A DNA stretch of 32,000 nucleotides. It comes from Nitrosomonadaceae bacterium. Lineage in GTDB: Bacteria; Pseudomonadota; Gammaproteobacteria; Burkholderiales; Nitrosomonadaceae. The notes beneath the pieces were generated by a model. That model made no database searches. It was not told where the DNA came from and was given only the letters and a program-made list of their open reading frames with translations. The position numbers and the translations under genes were made by a program. Shown here piece by piece: positions 1 through 11,183 of this stretch (its first letter is position 1; each line of letters starts with the position of its first letter). The stretch lies in contig JAUSLF010000005.1 of the NCBI GenBank assembly GCA_030646695.1, positions 19,793-51,792 of the forward strand, written 5' to 3'.

Positions 1-1
1 G

Positions 2-790
<789 letters not shown>

Positions 791-888
791 AGGAAAGTGA
801 AAAGTGAGATGTGGCATATAAAATCCGGATCTCTCATCAATAAGAGAGTCCGCTATCCATTGCTCACTATTCACTATTCACGTACCTT

Positions 889-1533
889 ATGAATTATCCC
901 CATCCCCTCATTGCACGCGAAGGCTGGCCTTTTATCGCGGCAGCAACCATTTTCACCGTGCTGGTCAATATTTTTGCCGGTTGGTTGTGGGCGCTGCCGT
1001 TCTGGCTGATCACGCTTTTCGTTCTGCAATTTTTCCGTGACCCGCCACGTGCGATTCCGCAACAAGCCAATATCGTGCTAGCGCCTGCCGACGGCAGAAT
1101 TGTCGCAGTGGAAAATGTGCAGGATCCATATCTCAAGCGTGAAGCTATCAAGGTGAGCGTATTCATGAACGTGTTCAATGTCCACTCCAATCGCAGTCCG
1201 GTGGACGGTGAAGTGCGCGGTCAGTGGTATTTCCCCGGCAAGTTCATCAACGCTGACCTGCCCAAAGCTTCGCTGGAAAATGAACGCAACGCCTTGTGGC
1301 TAAGAACTGCCGATGGTGCTGACGTAACCTGTGTGCAAGTCGCCGGATTGATTGCAAAGCGCATACTATGCTACGTGAAGCTGGGTGACCATCTCATGCG
1401 CGGCCAGCGTTTCGGTTTCATCCGCTTCGGTTCGCGGGTGGATACATATCTTCCCCTCGATACCAAGATCAAGGTTAGTATCGGTGACAAGGTTTATGCG
1501 ACACTGACAGTACTCGCGGAATTTCCCCAGTAA
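889..1533 (+). CDS. psd: Phosphatidylserine decarboxylase proenzyme (short form)
   Basis: A 214-aa ORF starts at ATG 889. It has an N-terminal hydrophobic segment and an FGSRVD motif (G-S self-cleavage site) near the C-terminus. pssA lies directly downstream. Confidence 0.88.
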   Translation: MNYPHPLIAREGWPFIAAATIFTVLVNIFAGWLWALPFWLITLFVLQFFRDPPRAIPQQANIVLAPADGRIVAVENVQDPYLKREAIKVSVFMNVFNVHSNRSPVDGEVRGQWYFPGKFINADLPKASLENERNALWLRTADGADVTCVQVAGLIAKRILCYVKLGDHLMRGQRFGFIRFGSRVDTYLPLDTKIKVSIGDKVYATLTVLAEFPQ

Positions 1534-1634
1534 CTCGAGCCACCCCCGTATTACCTACTGTTTACCATCCAGCCATAACCGTTTACCATGCCCCGGTCTT
1601 CTTGTGTATTGTGTGAATAAGGCGTAATCCTCAG

Positions 1635-2393
1635 ATGCCACGCTTCATGCTTAAATCCAAACTACGGCGCCGGGGCATTTATCTGCTACCCAACCTGTTC
1701 ACCACTGCCGCGCTATTCGCCGGATTTTACGCCATTGTGCAGGCGATGAATGGGCATTTCGAACACTCAGCTATATCGATTTTTATCGCCATGGTGCTGG
1801 ATGGATTGGATGGCCGGGTAGCGCGCCTTACACACACCGAAAGCGAATTCGGTGCGGAATACGATAGCCTGTCCGACATGATTTCGTTCGGGGCCGCTCC
1901 CGCGTTGGTAATATACGAGTGGGCTTTAAAAGACATGGGCAAATTAGGCTGGATTGCAGCCTTCATTTATTGTGCTTGCGCCGCGCTACGTCTGGCGCGC
2001 TTCAATACCAACCTGGGGGTAGTGGACAAGCAATTCTTCCAAGGCTTGCCCAGCCCGGCTGCCGCTGCATTAATTGCTGGGTTGATATGGGTAATGCTGG
2101 ATTTCCAAGTCAAGGGGGCCGACATCAGATGGTTGGCATGGGGCATAACGTTATTTGCCGGTCTTACCATGGTAAGCAACCTTCCTTATTACAGCGGCAA
2201 GGAGATTAATCTACGCAAGAGCGTGCCCTTCATCACCATACTGCTGCTGGCACTATTCTTTTTCGTGGTGATTCCAAGCCACCCGCCGGTTGTGCTGTTT
2301 TGCCTATTTGTGTTTTATGTCTTGTCGGGCTATGTCATGTGGTTGTGGCGACTGGCGAAAAAGAAGAGAAATAGCAGGGTACCGAATGCCTGA
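1635..2393 (+). CDS. pssA: CDP-diacylglycerol--serine O-phosphatidyltransferase
   Basis: A 252-aa polytopic membrane ORF carries the CDP-alcohol phosphatidyltransferase motif DGRVARLTHTESEFGAEYDSLSD (D-G-x2-A-R-x8-G-x3-D-x3-D). Confidence 0.9.
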   Translation: MPRFMLKSKLRRRGIYLLPNLFTTAALFAGFYAIVQAMNGHFEHSAISIFIAMVLDGLDGRVARLTHTESEFGAEYDSLSDMISFGAAPALVIYEWALKDMGKLGWIAAFIYCACAALRLARFNTNLGVVDKQFFQGLPSPAAAALIAGLIWVMLDFQVKGADIRWLAWGITLFAGLTMVSNLPYYSGKEINLRKSVPFITILLLALFFFVVIPSHPPVVLFCLFVFYVLSGYVMWLWRLAKKKRNSRVPNA

Positions 2394-2620
2394 TAAATTT
2401 CCCCCGTTGCACAAACAGAAAAAACTGTTTATATTTAGTCGCATGAGATACGTCAGCCCCCTTCCCTTGCTCTACACCCTGCACGCTCTGCCTCTTCTGG
2501 CAGGGTCGCTGCGCCACGCGCGCTAATTACCATACTTTTATCTCCCAAATTTGTCCTGTGGGATCTGTTCCCCAGATTCCGTATTACAATCAGAATATCT
2601 TCCCTGAAACGGAGAACGCC

Positions 2621-4153
2621 GTGAAAGACCATTTGATTATTTTTGATACCACGTTACGCGATGGCGAGCAAAGTCCTGGTGCGTCCATGACCAAGGAGGA
2701 AAAGGTGCGTATTGCGCGGCAACTGGAGCGCATGCGCGTAGATGTGATCGAAGCCGGTTTCCCGGCGGCTTCCAACGGCGATTTCGAGGCGGTCAAGGCG
2801 GTCGCCGACTGCATCAAGGACAGCACCGTGTGTGGTCTGGCCCGCGCCACCGAAGCCGACATCAAACGTGCTGGCGAAGCCTTGAAAGGTGCCAACTCAG
2901 GGCGCATCCATACTTTTATCGCCACTTCGCCGATTCACATGGAGAAGAAACTGCGCATGTCTCCAGAACAGGTGGTGGAGCAGGCGGTGAAGGCGGTGAA
3001 GTGGGCCCACCGGTATACCGGTAACGTGGAATTCTCTCCTGAGGATGCGGGCCGCTCAGATGTCACTTTCCTCTGCCGTGTGCTGGAGGCTGTCATCGAA
3101 GCGGGAGCCACTACTCTCAATATTCCCGACACTGTTGGCTATACCATGCCGGAACAGTTCGGCAACCTGATTCGTACCCTGCGCGAACGTATACCCAATT
3201 CCGACAAGGTGGTGTTCTCGGTACATTGCCATAATGACCTGGGGCTGGCAGTGGCCAACTCATTATCAGCGGTAATGAACGGTGCGCGCCAAGTGGAATG
3301 CACCATCAACGGTCTGGGTGAACGCGCGGGCAATGCTGCGCTGGAGGAAATTGTAATGGCAGTGCGCACCCGCCAGGATTTTTTCCCTTGCGACACGCAC
3401 ATAGACGCCACCCATATCGTGTCGGCCAGTAAACTGGTGTCAGGTATTACCGGCTTTCCAGTGCAGCCCAACAAAGCCATTGTTGGCGCGAACGCGTTCG
3501 CGCATGAGTCTGGCATACATCAGGATGGGGTGCTCAAGCACCGTGAAACCTATGAGATCATGCGTGCCGAAGATGTTGGCTGGGGTGCAAACAAATTATT
3601 GCTGGGAAAACACTCCGGACGCAATGCCTTTCGCAGCCGCTTGGCGGAACTTGGCATCGCGCTGGGATCGGAAGAGGCACTCAACACCACATTCATGCGT
3701 TTCAAGGAGTTGGCTGACAAGAAACACGATATCTTCGACGAGGATTTATACGCGTTGGTATCAGATGAAACCATGACCTTGCAGGAACAATACAAGCTAT
3801 TGTCTCTAACTGCGCATAGCGAAACTGGCGAAACACCCCATGCCAAGATAGTGATCGCCGAAGGAGGCAAGGAATTGCAGGCCGAGTCAGACGGCAGTGG
3901 GCCGGTGGATGCCACTTTCCGTGCCATTGAGAAAATTCTGGCCAGCGGTGCCGATTTGCAATTATATTCGGTTAACAATATCACTAGCGGCACCGACTCA
4001 CAGGGCGAGGTTACGGTGCGACTGCAAAAATCCGGGCGCATCGTTAATGGCCACGGAGCAGATACTGACATCGTCGTTGCCTCCGCCAAAGCCTACCTCA
4101 GTGCACTCAACAAATTGCACAGTAAGCTGAAGCAGGCACACCCGCAGGTGTAG
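2621..4153 (+). CDS. leuA: 2-isopropylmalate synthase
   Basis: Motifs [14 protein letters not shown] and [13 protein letters not shown] are present, plus a C-terminal LeuA regulatory domain. I rejected the ORF-track start (GTG 2558) in favour of GTG 2621, which is preceded by GGAGA at 2611-2615. This gives 510 aa beginning [17 protein letters not shown]. Confidence 0.93.
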   Translation: MKDHLIIFDTTLRDGEQSPGASMTKEEKVRIARQLERMRVDVIEAGFPAASNGDFEAVKAVADCIKDSTVCGLARATEADIKRAGEALKGANSGRIHTFIATSPIHMEKKLRMSPEQVVEQAVKAVKWAHRYTGNVEFSPEDAGRSDVTFLCRVLEAVIEAGATTLNIPDTVGYTMPEQFGNLIRTLRERIPNSDKVVFSVHCHNDLGLAVANSLSAVMNGARQVECTINGLGERAGNAALEEIVMAVRTRQDFFPCDTHIDATHIVSASKLVSGITGFPVQPNKAIVGANAFAHESGIHQDGVLKHRETYEIMRAEDVGWGANKLLLGKHSGRNAFRSRLAELGIALGSEEALNTTFMRFKELADKKHDIFDEDLYALVSDETMTLQEQYKLLSLTAHSETGETPHAKIVIAEGGKELQAESDGSGPVDATFRAIEKILASGADLQLYSVNNITSGTDSQGEVTVRLQKSGRIVNGHGADTDIVVASAKAYLSALNKLHSKLKQAHPQV

Positions 4154-4230
4154 CGATATCCCGCAATGGGCCAAGGCGAGATAATGCGCGGCAGCATGAA
4201 ACACCATCATGACACCATCGGAGTGATTAA

Positions 4231-4746
4231 ATGAAAATGATACGGTACTCCGTCACCTTCTTGCTGTGCCTGTTGCCTTTGCTGTCATCTGCCGCACAAG
4301 CGCAGGGCTTCTCCTTTAAGGATACTGCGGGCAAAATACACTCCTTGTCTGACTATCGAGGCAAGTGGGTACTGGTGAATTTCTGGGCCACGTGGTGCCC
4401 GCCCTGCCTGGAGGAAATCCCTGATCTGGTATCACTTTATGAAAGCCGTAAGGATGTTATGGTGATCGGTATCGTGATGGATTACAGGAACCCAAAAACA
4501 GTTTTGAAATTCGTTGATTCCCTGGCAATCTCCTACCCGATTGTGTTTGGCAATAAAAGCATCGCCGCACAAGTTGGCCCAGTGTCGATGCTACCTACCA
4601 CATACTTGTTCAGTCCGGCCGGCAGGCCGGCGGCCTACAAAGTGGGAATAATTTCCCGGAAGAGCCTCGAGGACTTCATGCAGGAGAATTCAGCGAATGT
4701 CCCGAGAAATAACCCTGGGGGACCGGTCCAGTTAAAGCACAAGTAA
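4231..4746 (+). CDS. Periplasmic thiol:disulfide oxidoreductase, TlpA/ResA-like redoxin
   Basis: A 171-aa ORF has GGAG 9 nt upstream of its ATG, the signal peptide MKMIRYSVTFLLCLLPLLSSAAQA and a thioredoxin-fold WCPPC active site. Confidence 0.8.
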   Translation: MKMIRYSVTFLLCLLPLLSSAAQAQGFSFKDTAGKIHSLSDYRGKWVLVNFWATWCPPCLEEIPDLVSLYESRKDVMVIGIVMDYRNPKTVLKFVDSLAISYPIVFGNKSIAAQVGPVSMLPTTYLFSPAGRPAAYKVGIISRKSLEDFMQENSANVPRNNPGGPVQLKHK

Positions 4747-4818
4747 GTTTTGGGAGCTGTTGAATTTTTGACTGGGGAGAAATACGTTGCTTCTTTCCTG
4801 GTGGTGATTTGTCAGGAG

Positions 4819-5439
4819 TTAGCCGCCCTGCCCAACAGTTACTACCTCTGCTGTAGTTGACGGATAAGCCCAGGTACTGTGCCACGCACTCATTACCAAG
4901 TCAGGATAACCTGCTTGTCCCAGACTGCCGTTGTAGCGCCCGAGCGCACGGAAGTAGCTCCCTTTTTCGATGTCGAGATAATGCCGCAGGATGGTGCAGC
5001 CATAGCGTAAATTGGTACGCAAGTGAAAAAGGTTGTGATCACTGACGCCAATCTCCCTTACCCAGAACGGCATCACCTGCATGTAGCCCTGCGCACCAGC
5101 TATAGATACGGCATATTTCCTGAAACCGCTTTCAACCTGAATGACGCTTAACACCAACTGTGGATCCAGTCCCGCACGAACGGCTTCGTAATGAACCGTG
5201 GCCAGAAAATCGTCGCGCTCTTTTTGACTGGGTATACGCTTTTTCAGTCGTTTAGTCATGGTGACGAGCCATGCCTTGCCTTCACTTTCGGATGAAAATG
5301 CCAGACGCGGAACTACCCGATCACTCACCGCACGTTGCATCACTGCTTTTACGCTGGCGGAAAGTGGCTCATAAATTTGGGTACCGGCCTGAGCAAAAGC
5401 GGGGAATAATAGTAAAAATATCCCGGCTAACTTCCACAT
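4819..5439 (-). CDS. Lytic murein transglycosylase (SLT domain), secreted
   Basis: A 206-aa ORF has the signal peptide [18 protein letters not shown] and the SLT catalytic region VIQVESGF...[10 protein letters not shown]. Its ATG (5437-5439) overlaps the proS stop by 13 nt. Confidence 0.85.
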   Translation of the reverse strand: MWKLAGIFLLLFPAFAQAGTQIYEPLSASVKAVMQRAVSDRVVPRLAFSSESEGKAWLVTMTKRLKKRIPSQKERDDFLATVHYEAVRAGLDPQLVLSVIQVESGFRKYAVSIAGAQGYMQVMPFWVREIGVSDHNLFHLRTNLRYGCTILRHYLDIEKGSYFRALGRYNGSLGQAGYPDLVMSAWHSTWAYPSTTAEVVTVGQGG

Positions 5440-7136
5440 ATCCTTGACTTCACAAAATTAACTGCATTTTGCAAGAGAATGATCTGAGAGTTGGCGTCAC
5501 GCCGCCCTTGGTATTCGATATTGCCCTCTTTCAGGCCGCGTTCGCCGATGACGATGCGATGAGGAATACCGATTAATTCCATGTCAGCAAACATTATACC
5601 GGGACGTTCGTCACGGTCATCCAGCAGAACTTCGATACCAGCGGCGGAAAGCTCTTTATACAATTTCTCCGTTTCAGCTTTTACCTGCTCACTTTTCTTC
5701 AGGCCGATGGGCACAATGACAATCTGGAACGGTGCCATTGCAGCCGGAAAAATGATGCCATGCGCGTCGTGATTCTGCTCAATGGCAGCCGCGACGATGC
5801 GCGATACACCGATGCCGTAACAACCCATTTCCATCACTCGCGTCTGGCCAGACTCGTCTAGGTAATGGGCTTTCATCGCTTCCGAATATTTGGTGCGCAG
5901 TTGAAAAATATGTCCGACTTCGATACCGCGGCAGATCTCCAGTTTCCCCTTGCCGTCGGGGGAAAGGTCATCAGTAACCACGTCACGAATATCGAAAATA
6001 TGATCAGGCTCTTTCGTGTCACGGCCAAAATTAACGCCGGTTAAATGATGATCCGCTTCGTTCGCGCCACAAACGAAATTGCTCATTACCGCGACGGCCT
6101 TGTCGGCAATAACAGGTAGTCCCAAACCAACTGGTCCTATATATCCTGGACGGCAGCGGGTTTTTGCGAGAATCTCTTCTTCGCTTGCCAATCGGAACCC
6201 GGCAAGGAAAGGAACCTTCCCGGTTTTCACCTCATTGAGATGATGATCGCCGCGTAGCAGCAGCAAATACATTTCGCCATTTGCCATTACTGCTAGGGTC
6301 TTTACGGTTTGTTCGACAGGAACGTTCAGAAATGCCGCAACTTCTTCACAGGTTTTTTTGCCCGGTGTTGCGATTTTTTGCATGGTGCGAGTGGCTGCTT
6401 CGCGCGGTTTTGCTGGTGGCAGCGCCTCGGCCAGTTCGAGGTTGGCAGCGTAATCCGAATCCGGGCAGAAAGCGATGGCGTCCTCGCCTGAGTCCGCCAG
6501 CACATGAAACTCATGCGAACCGCTACCGCCTATCGCTCCGGTATCCGCTGTTACCGCACGGAATTTCAATCTCAAGCGAGTGAATATCCGGCCATAAGTA
6601 TCATGCATTACCTGGTAAGTCTGCTCCAGACTGGCTACATCGGCGTGGAACGAATAAGCGTCTTTCATTACGAATTCGCGCGCGCGCATCACACCAAAGC
6701 GGGGCCGGATCTCGTCGCGGAACTTGGTTTGAATCTGATAAAGATTGAGCGGCAACTGACGATAACTTTTGATCTCCCGCCGGGCGATGTCGGTTATGAC
6801 TTCTTCATGCGTGGGGCCGAAACAGAAATCGTGTTGGTGCCTGTCCTTTATTTTCAGCATCTGCGGGCCGAATATGTCCCAGCGCCCGGACTCCTGCCAC
6901 AATTCAGCAGGCTGCACCGCAGGCATGAGGAGTTCCACCGCTCCACTCTTGTCCATTTCCTCACGCACAATGTTCTCAACCTTGCGCAATACTCTCAGAC
7001 CCAGCGGCATCCAGGTATAGAGTCCACTGCCAAGACGCTTGATGAGTCCAGCACGCAACATCAGCTTGTGACTTATCAGCTCTGCTTCGGCCGGGGCTTC
7101 CTTGAGAGTGGAAATAAAAAATTGTGATGCGCGCAT
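5427..7136 (-). CDS. proS: Proline--tRNA ligase (bacterial type with editing insertion)
   Basis: The protein begins with the typical ProRS N-terminus [31 protein letters not shown] moved the start from the ORF-track 7220 to ATG 7134-7136, which removes 28 non-conserved codons and gives 569 aa. Stop TAG is at 5427-5429. Confidence 0.95.
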   Translation of the reverse strand: MRASQFFISTLKEAPAEAELISHKLMLRAGLIKRLGSGLYTWMPLGLRVLRKVENIVREEMDKSGAVELLMPAVQPAELWQESGRWDIFGPQMLKIKDRHQHDFCFGPTHEEVITDIARREIKSYRQLPLNLYQIQTKFRDEIRPRFGVMRAREFVMKDAYSFHADVASLEQTYQVMHDTYGRIFTRLRLKFRAVTADTGAIGGSGSHEFHVLADSGEDAIAFCPDSDYAANLELAEALPPAKPREAATRTMQKIATPGKKTCEEVAAFLNVPVEQTVKTLAVMANGEMYLLLLRGDHHLNEVKTGKVPFLAGFRLASEEEILAKTRCRPGYIGPVGLGLPVIADKAVAVMSNFVCGANEADHHLTGVNFGRDTKEPDHIFDIRDVVTDDLSPDGKGKLEICRGIEVGHIFQLRTKYSEAMKAHYLDESGQTRVMEMGCYGIGVSRIVAAAIEQNHDAHGIIFPAAMAPFQIVIVPIGLKKSEQVKAETEKLYKELSAAGIEVLLDDRDERPGIMFADMELIGIPHRIVIGERGLKEGNIEYQGRRDANSQIILLQNAVNFVKSRICGS

Positions 7137-7426
7137 ATCCGCTCCGATGTGGCGATTAAACGGAAGCGATTCTACCGCGAAAGACCGCAACACGTCTTGT
7201 TTGGCGCTGGGCGCTGTCATCGCTGGATTTCGCAGTGGAACCCAAGGTTAGCAAGAAAGTCTCAAACGGCACCGCCATATTGGCCCCGTCTTCCAGAACA
7301 GAGTCGAGACTGGCCGTATGAAAAACAGCAACGCGGGCAGATAGTTTATTAATCTGCTGGCCGCTTTCAATCTGGGATAAAATGTGGAAAAATCACAGTA
7401 TTGTGACGAATCACCGGGTGAATCAC

Positions 7427-7987
7427 ATGATCGACCGTAACGGATATCGCTCCAATGTTGGCATTATTCTATTAAACTCGAAAAACGAGGTCTTTTGGGG
7501 CAAACGCATCAAGCAAGACTCTTGGCAATTTCCCCAAGGCGGTATCAAGCCGGGGGAGAGTCCGGAGCAGGCAATGTATCGGGAATTGACGGAAGAAGTA
7601 GGTTTACATCCTCGCCATGTCAAGATCATTGGGCGCACACGCGACTGGCTGCGCTATGAAGTGCCGGATCAGTGGGTAAGGCGCGAGTGGCGCGGAAACT
7701 ACCGAGGACAAAAGCAGATCTGGTATCTATTGCGTCTGGTTGGGCGAGACTGCGATGTGTCGTTACGCACGAGCGCCCGTCCTGAGTTCGATGCCTGGCG
7801 CTGGAATCAGTATTGGGTGGAATTGGAATCGGTGGTCGAGTTCAAGCGCCACGTCTATCAGCAAGCTTTGACCGAATTAGCCCGCCTGCTTAACCACGAT
7901 CCCCATGACAGCAACTGTTACAGCGGCTATAGTCATAATGAGGAACAACCTGCGGCCATGGCTGCACCTGCCAAACAGGGTGAGTAA
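7427..7987 (+). CDS. rppH: RNA pyrophosphohydrolase (Nudix hydrolase)
   Basis: The N-terminus [17 protein letters not shown] and the Nudix box [23 protein letters not shown] closely parallel RppH. I chose ATG 7427 over the upstream ATG 7382. Confidence 0.9.
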   Translation: MIDRNGYRSNVGIILLNSKNEVFWGKRIKQDSWQFPQGGIKPGESPEQAMYRELTEEVGLHPRHVKIIGRTRDWLRYEVPDQWVRREWRGNYRGQKQIWYLLRLVGRDCDVSLRTSARPEFDAWRWNQYWVELESVVEFKRHVYQQALTELARLLNHDPHDSNCYSGYSHNEEQPAAMAAPAKQGE

Positions 7988-8078
7988 ATCTGCTCGGAAG
8001 CCGGATTTATGCGGGTTAGCATGGTGCAAATATCATGGCCAGATTCTTGTAAAGGGTTTATATTTCGTCAGGCGTAAT

Positions 8079-8104
8079 CGGCTGCGCCACTACAGCCGCG
8101 TTTT
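8079..8104 (+). terminator. Possible weak intrinsic terminator or attenuator between rppH and ccp
   Basis: The sequence is CGGCTG-cgccacta-CAGCCG (6-bp GC-rich stem) followed by CGTTTT. It abuts the ccp RBS. The stem is short, so this call is tentative. Confidence 0.3.
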
Positions 8105-8117
8105 AAGGAGAATACTG

Positions 8118-9110
8118 ATGATATTACGAACACTAATTGTATCGCTGCTATCTATTGGAGCTGTTGCCTCAACCACTGCGTCGGCCAACGAACCCATCCA
8201 GCCGATTAAAGCAGCTGCGCCAAAGAATGTAGGTATGGTGGAACTGGGTAAGATGCTCTTTTTTGACCCGCGTCTGTCTAAATCCGGTTTTATTTCCTGC
8301 AACTCCTGCCACAACTTGAGCATGGGTGGTACCGACAACATAAAATCTTCTATTGGGCATAAATGGAACCAAGGACCCATCAACGCACCAACGGTGCTGA
8401 ATTCCAGCATGATGCTGGCACAATTCTGGGATGGTCGCGCCAAGGATCTAAAGGAGCAGGCTGGCGGACCCATTGCCAACCCGGGTGAGATGGCTTTCAC
8501 TCACGAACTGGCCGTGGACGTGCTGCGCTCCATCCCGCAGTATCGTGCCCGCTTCAAGCAGGTATTTGGCTCAGATCAAGTTAACATTGGTATGGTGACC
8601 GACGCTATTGCTGCTTTCGAAGAAACCTTGGTTACGCCTGATTCCCGCTTTGATAAATGGCTTAAAGGTGACAAGAAGGCCCTCAGTCAGGCTGAACTTG
8701 ATGGTTACAAGTTGTTCAAGGACAGCGGCTGTACAAGCTGTCATTATGGGACGGCCGTAGGGGGTACCTCGTTTCAGAAGATGGGTGTTCGTGAACCCTA
8801 CAAGACGGTCAGCAAGGAAGAAGGTCGGGTAGGAGTTACCGGCAAGGCCACGGATCGTTTTGTGTTCAAGGTACCTACCCTGCGCAATGTAGAGCTGACT
8901 TATCCCTATTTTCACGATGGTGCCGCCGAGACTTTGGAAGATGCCGTGGACACCATGGGTCGAGTACAGCTGGGCCGCGACTTCAGCAAGGAAGAAAATG
9001 CCAAGATCGTAGCTTTCCTGAAGACACTGACCGGCAAGCAGCCTGATTTCAAACTGCCCATCCTGCCGCCTTCCACTAATGAAACTCCAAGACCAAAGCC
9101 GTTCGACTAA
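8118..9110 (+). CDS. Di-haem cytochrome c peroxidase (CCP/MauG family)
   Basis: ATG 8118 is preceded by AAGGAG (8105-8110). The protein has the signal peptide MILRTLIVSLLSIGAVASTTASA, two CxxCH sites (CNSCH, CTSCH) and PTLRNVELTYPYFHDG. The ORF-track start 7905 would overlap rppH and was rejected. The product is 330 aa. Confidence 0.9.
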   Translation: MILRTLIVSLLSIGAVASTTASANEPIQPIKAAAPKNVGMVELGKMLFFDPRLSKSGFISCNSCHNLSMGGTDNIKSSIGHKWNQGPINAPTVLNSSMMLAQFWDGRAKDLKEQAGGPIANPGEMAFTHELAVDVLRSIPQYRARFKQVFGSDQVNIGMVTDAIAAFEETLVTPDSRFDKWLKGDKKALSQAELDGYKLFKDSGCTSCHYGTAVGGTSFQKMGVREPYKTVSKEEGRVGVTGKATDRFVFKVPTLRNVELTYPYFHDGAAETLEDAVDTMGRVQLGRDFSKEENAKIVAFLKTLTGKQPDFKLPILPPSTNETPRPKPFD

Positions 9111-9180
9111 TTAGCGGAGAAATTGTCGTACTTGTTTGAGACCAGGCCTCCTGGATTCAGGGAGAGGGTCTCATCAATCA

Positions 9181-9218
9181 ATGCCCAGGCTGCAACACGC
9201 AGCCTGGGCATTTTCATT
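9181..9218 (+). terminator. Rho-independent terminator downstream of ccp
   Basis: A perfect 13-bp inverted repeat, ATGCCCAGGCTGC-aacac-GCAGCCTGGGCAT (9181-9211), is followed by TTTTCATT. Confidence 0.6.
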
Positions 9219-9543
9219 GGGTGGGACGACATCCAGAACTGCTGCCACGACAAATCCTCTTGGGGGATGCCGTCGCTTTTTTTAAGATGTCGCGCTCCAT
9301 CTTTACACGCGCAAGTTCTGCTCTCAATCGCGCCAATTCCATTTGCTCTGTGCTCACCGGTTTGGCACCTACACCTGACAGTTTGCCTTTCGCTGCCTGC
9401 CTGACCCAGTTGTCCGGCGTCTGCTTGGGAATGCCCAGCACTTTGGCCGTCACCGCACAGGCTTGCCCGCCCTGAACCAACCGTACCGCTTCTAACTTGT
9501 ACTCCAGCGTGTACGCCGCTCTCTTGCCTTTTTCGTTCATCAT
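9214..9543 (-). pseudogene. IS3-family transposase OrfA; the last ~17 codons read into non-IS DNA and orfB is absent
   Basis: The 109-aa ORF begins MMNEKGKRAAYTLEYKLEAVRLVQGG and runs to ...ERDILKKATA. After that it continues as the unrelated tail SPKRICRGSSSGCRPTQ. Confidence 0.7.
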
Positions 9544-9609
9544 TTCTCCGTCTCCTTAGTTTGTAATTAAACCACAATTAAGAAATACGTTTTTCACGGG
9601 CAAGGTCAT
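9268..9609 (-). mobile_element. Truncated IS3-family insertion sequence (left end, orfA and frameshift site only)
   Basis: On the minus strand the element starts with an IS3-type terminus, TGACCTTGCCCGTGAAAAACG, ending at 9609. It then encodes an IS3-group OrfA (HTH region, leucine-zipper-like ELARLRAELARVKMERDILKKATA). An in-phase A_AAA_AAA slippery heptamer follows at about 9275-9282. No OrfB (DDE) sequence follows, and similarity to the expected ...YFAK continuation is lost after about 9268. Confidence 0.75.
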
Positions 9610-9700
9610 ACTGCCGTTTTATCTTCCGTTTGGGAATATGGATTTACTCCTTAAAATCAAGTAGAGTTATTGCTTGAATAATTAAAACAGGGAGTCCCCC

Positions 9701-9946
9701 ATGAGCGCCAAAGGGCAATTGTTACAAGACCCGTTTCTGAATGCCCTGCGAAAGGAGCACATTCCGGTATCGATTTATCTGGTAAATGGTATTAAGCTGC
9801 AAGGTCATATTGACTCGTTTGATCAGTACGTGGTTCTACTGAAAAACACCGTTACCCAGATGGTATATAAGCACGCAATATCCACCGTGGTTCCTGCCAG
9901 AGCCGTTACCATTCCATTTGACGCCCCAGTCGCACCTGATGCTTGA
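9701..9946 (+). CDS. hfq: RNA chaperone Hfq
   Basis: An 81-aa ORF shows Sm-like motifs: [39 protein letters not shown]...[10 protein letters not shown]. Confidence 0.97.
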   Translation: MSAKGQLLQDPFLNALRKEHIPVSIYLVNGIKLQGHIDSFDQYVVLLKNTVTQMVYKHAISTVVPARAVTIPFDAPVAPDA

Positions 9947-11120
9947 CCGCCCCGCTGGCAGTGCTGCCAACATTAATGCTGCCATACTGGTTAGCCTTGA
10001 TTTTGGCGGCGGCTGCTACGCCGAAAACCTGGAAGAATTGCGGCAACTAGCCGCAAGTGATGGGCTTATAATCCCTGCTGTAATCAAAGGCAGGCGCTCC
10101 CGCCCCGACCCTGCTTATTACGCCGGCAGCGGCAAAGTGGAGGAGATTGCCGCTGCAGCGGAACAAACTGGCGCCTCGCTGGTGATTTTCAATCATAATC
10201 TTTCTCCCGCCCAACAACGCAACCTGGAGCAACGCCTCCAGTGTCGCGTGCTAGACCGTACCAACCTGATTTTGGATATCTTCGCCCAGCGCGCGAAGAG
10301 TCACGAGGGCAAGTTGCAGGTAGAGCTGGCGCAACTTGAGCATCTCGCTACTCGCCTGGTGCGTGGCTGGACCCATCTGGAACGACAAAAGGGTGGTATC
10401 GGCTTGCGTGGTCCTGGCGAAACCCAGTTGGAAACTGACCGGCAACTGCTTCGGAAACGGGTTAAATCGCTCAGGGAAAAACTCGCCAAATTCCAGCGCC
10501 ATCGTGAGGTGCAGCGTCGTTCCAGGCAACGCGCTGACGTGATGTCAGTTTCCATTGTCGGCTACACCAATGCGGGCAAATCCACCCTGTTCAATAACCT
10601 TACCCGCGCCCATGCTTATGCTGCCGATCAATTGTTTGCCACTTTGGATGCCACCACGCGCAAGCTATTCATCCCGGAGCACGGACCACTGGTGATTTCC
10701 GATACGGTAGGTTTCATTCGCGAATTGCCGCATACATTGGTCGCTGCATTCCGTGCTACGCTGGAAGAAACGGTGCAGGCCGACATGCTGCTCCATGTAG
10801 TGGATGCTGGCAGCCCCAATCGGAGTGAGCAAATCGGGGAAGTCAACAAGGTGTTAAAGGAAATCGGTGCCGATGCAATTCCACAGATTCTAGTACTGAA
10901 CAAGATAGATCTGACCAATTTATCGGTGGGAGCTGCGGGTTACGGGCGTGATGAGTGTGGTAGAATAACGCAAACTCGATTGAGTGCAAGAACCGGCGAG
11001 GGGCTCGAATTTATTAGGCTGGCGCTGGCTGAGGCAATTGAACAGCGCACCTCGCAACGGTGCAAGATACAGTCACAAATTGGAAACATAGTCAGCGGAT
11101 GCGCTGCGGTTTCTTATTAA
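9939..11120 (+). CDS. hflX: GTPase HflX
   Basis: The start ATG 9939 overlaps the hfq stop by 8 nt (ATGCTTGA). GTPase motifs GYTNAGKST (G1), DTVGF (G3) and NKID (G4) are present. The ORF-track start 9918 was rejected. Confidence 0.92.
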   Translation: MLDRPAGSAANINAAILVSLDFGGGCYAENLEELRQLAASDGLIIPAVIKGRRSRPDPAYYAGSGKVEEIAAAAEQTGASLVIFNHNLSPAQQRNLEQRLQCRVLDRTNLILDIFAQRAKSHEGKLQVELAQLEHLATRLVRGWTHLERQKGGIGLRGPGETQLETDRQLLRKRVKSLREKLAKFQRHREVQRRSRQRADVMSVSIVGYTNAGKSTLFNNLTRAHAYAADQLFATLDATTRKLFIPEHGPLVISDTVGFIRELPHTLVAAFRATLEETVQADMLLHVVDAGSPNRSEQIGEVNKVLKEIGADAIPQILVLNKIDLTNLSVGAAGYGRDECGRITQTRLSARTGEGLEFIRLALAEAIEQRTSQRCKIQSQIGNIVSGCAAVSY

Positions 11121-11183
11121 GCCGACAATCAACTTGACCATTTGATGGTTGTATCTATATAAAACGGAAAACTAGGAATCAAC

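Noticed and set aside
827-851. Hairpin GGATCTCTC-atcaataa-GAGAGTCC after ilvC, considered as a terminator; also a CACTATT tandem repeat at about 864-880
   Set aside because: The stem is bulged and has no U-tract, and the repeat is only about 2.4 copies of 7 nt. This is insufficient to call a feature.
7905-8117. Long upstream extension of the cytochrome c peroxidase ORF that overlaps the rppH 3' end
   Set aside because: ATG 8118 has a strong AAGGAG RBS and begins a canonical signal peptide. The extension is basic low-complexity sequence.
9137-9173. TGAGACC...GGTCTCA inverted repeat considered as the right inverted repeat of the IS, which would make it an internally deleted MITE-like element
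   Set aside because: It matches the left end (TGACCTTGCCC...) only weakly. It forms its own hairpin and lies on the ccp side of the ccp terminator, so it is more likely native 3'-UTR structure.
9107-9577. 156-aa minus-strand ORF overlapping the IS remnant and ccp terminator, considered as a possible OrfB fragment reached by -1 frameshifting
   Set aside because: The sequence after the slippery site (KKSDGIPQEDLSWQQFW...) does not resemble the integrase/DDE region of IS3 OrfB. It also runs through the ccp terminator hairpin, so it is a spurious frame.
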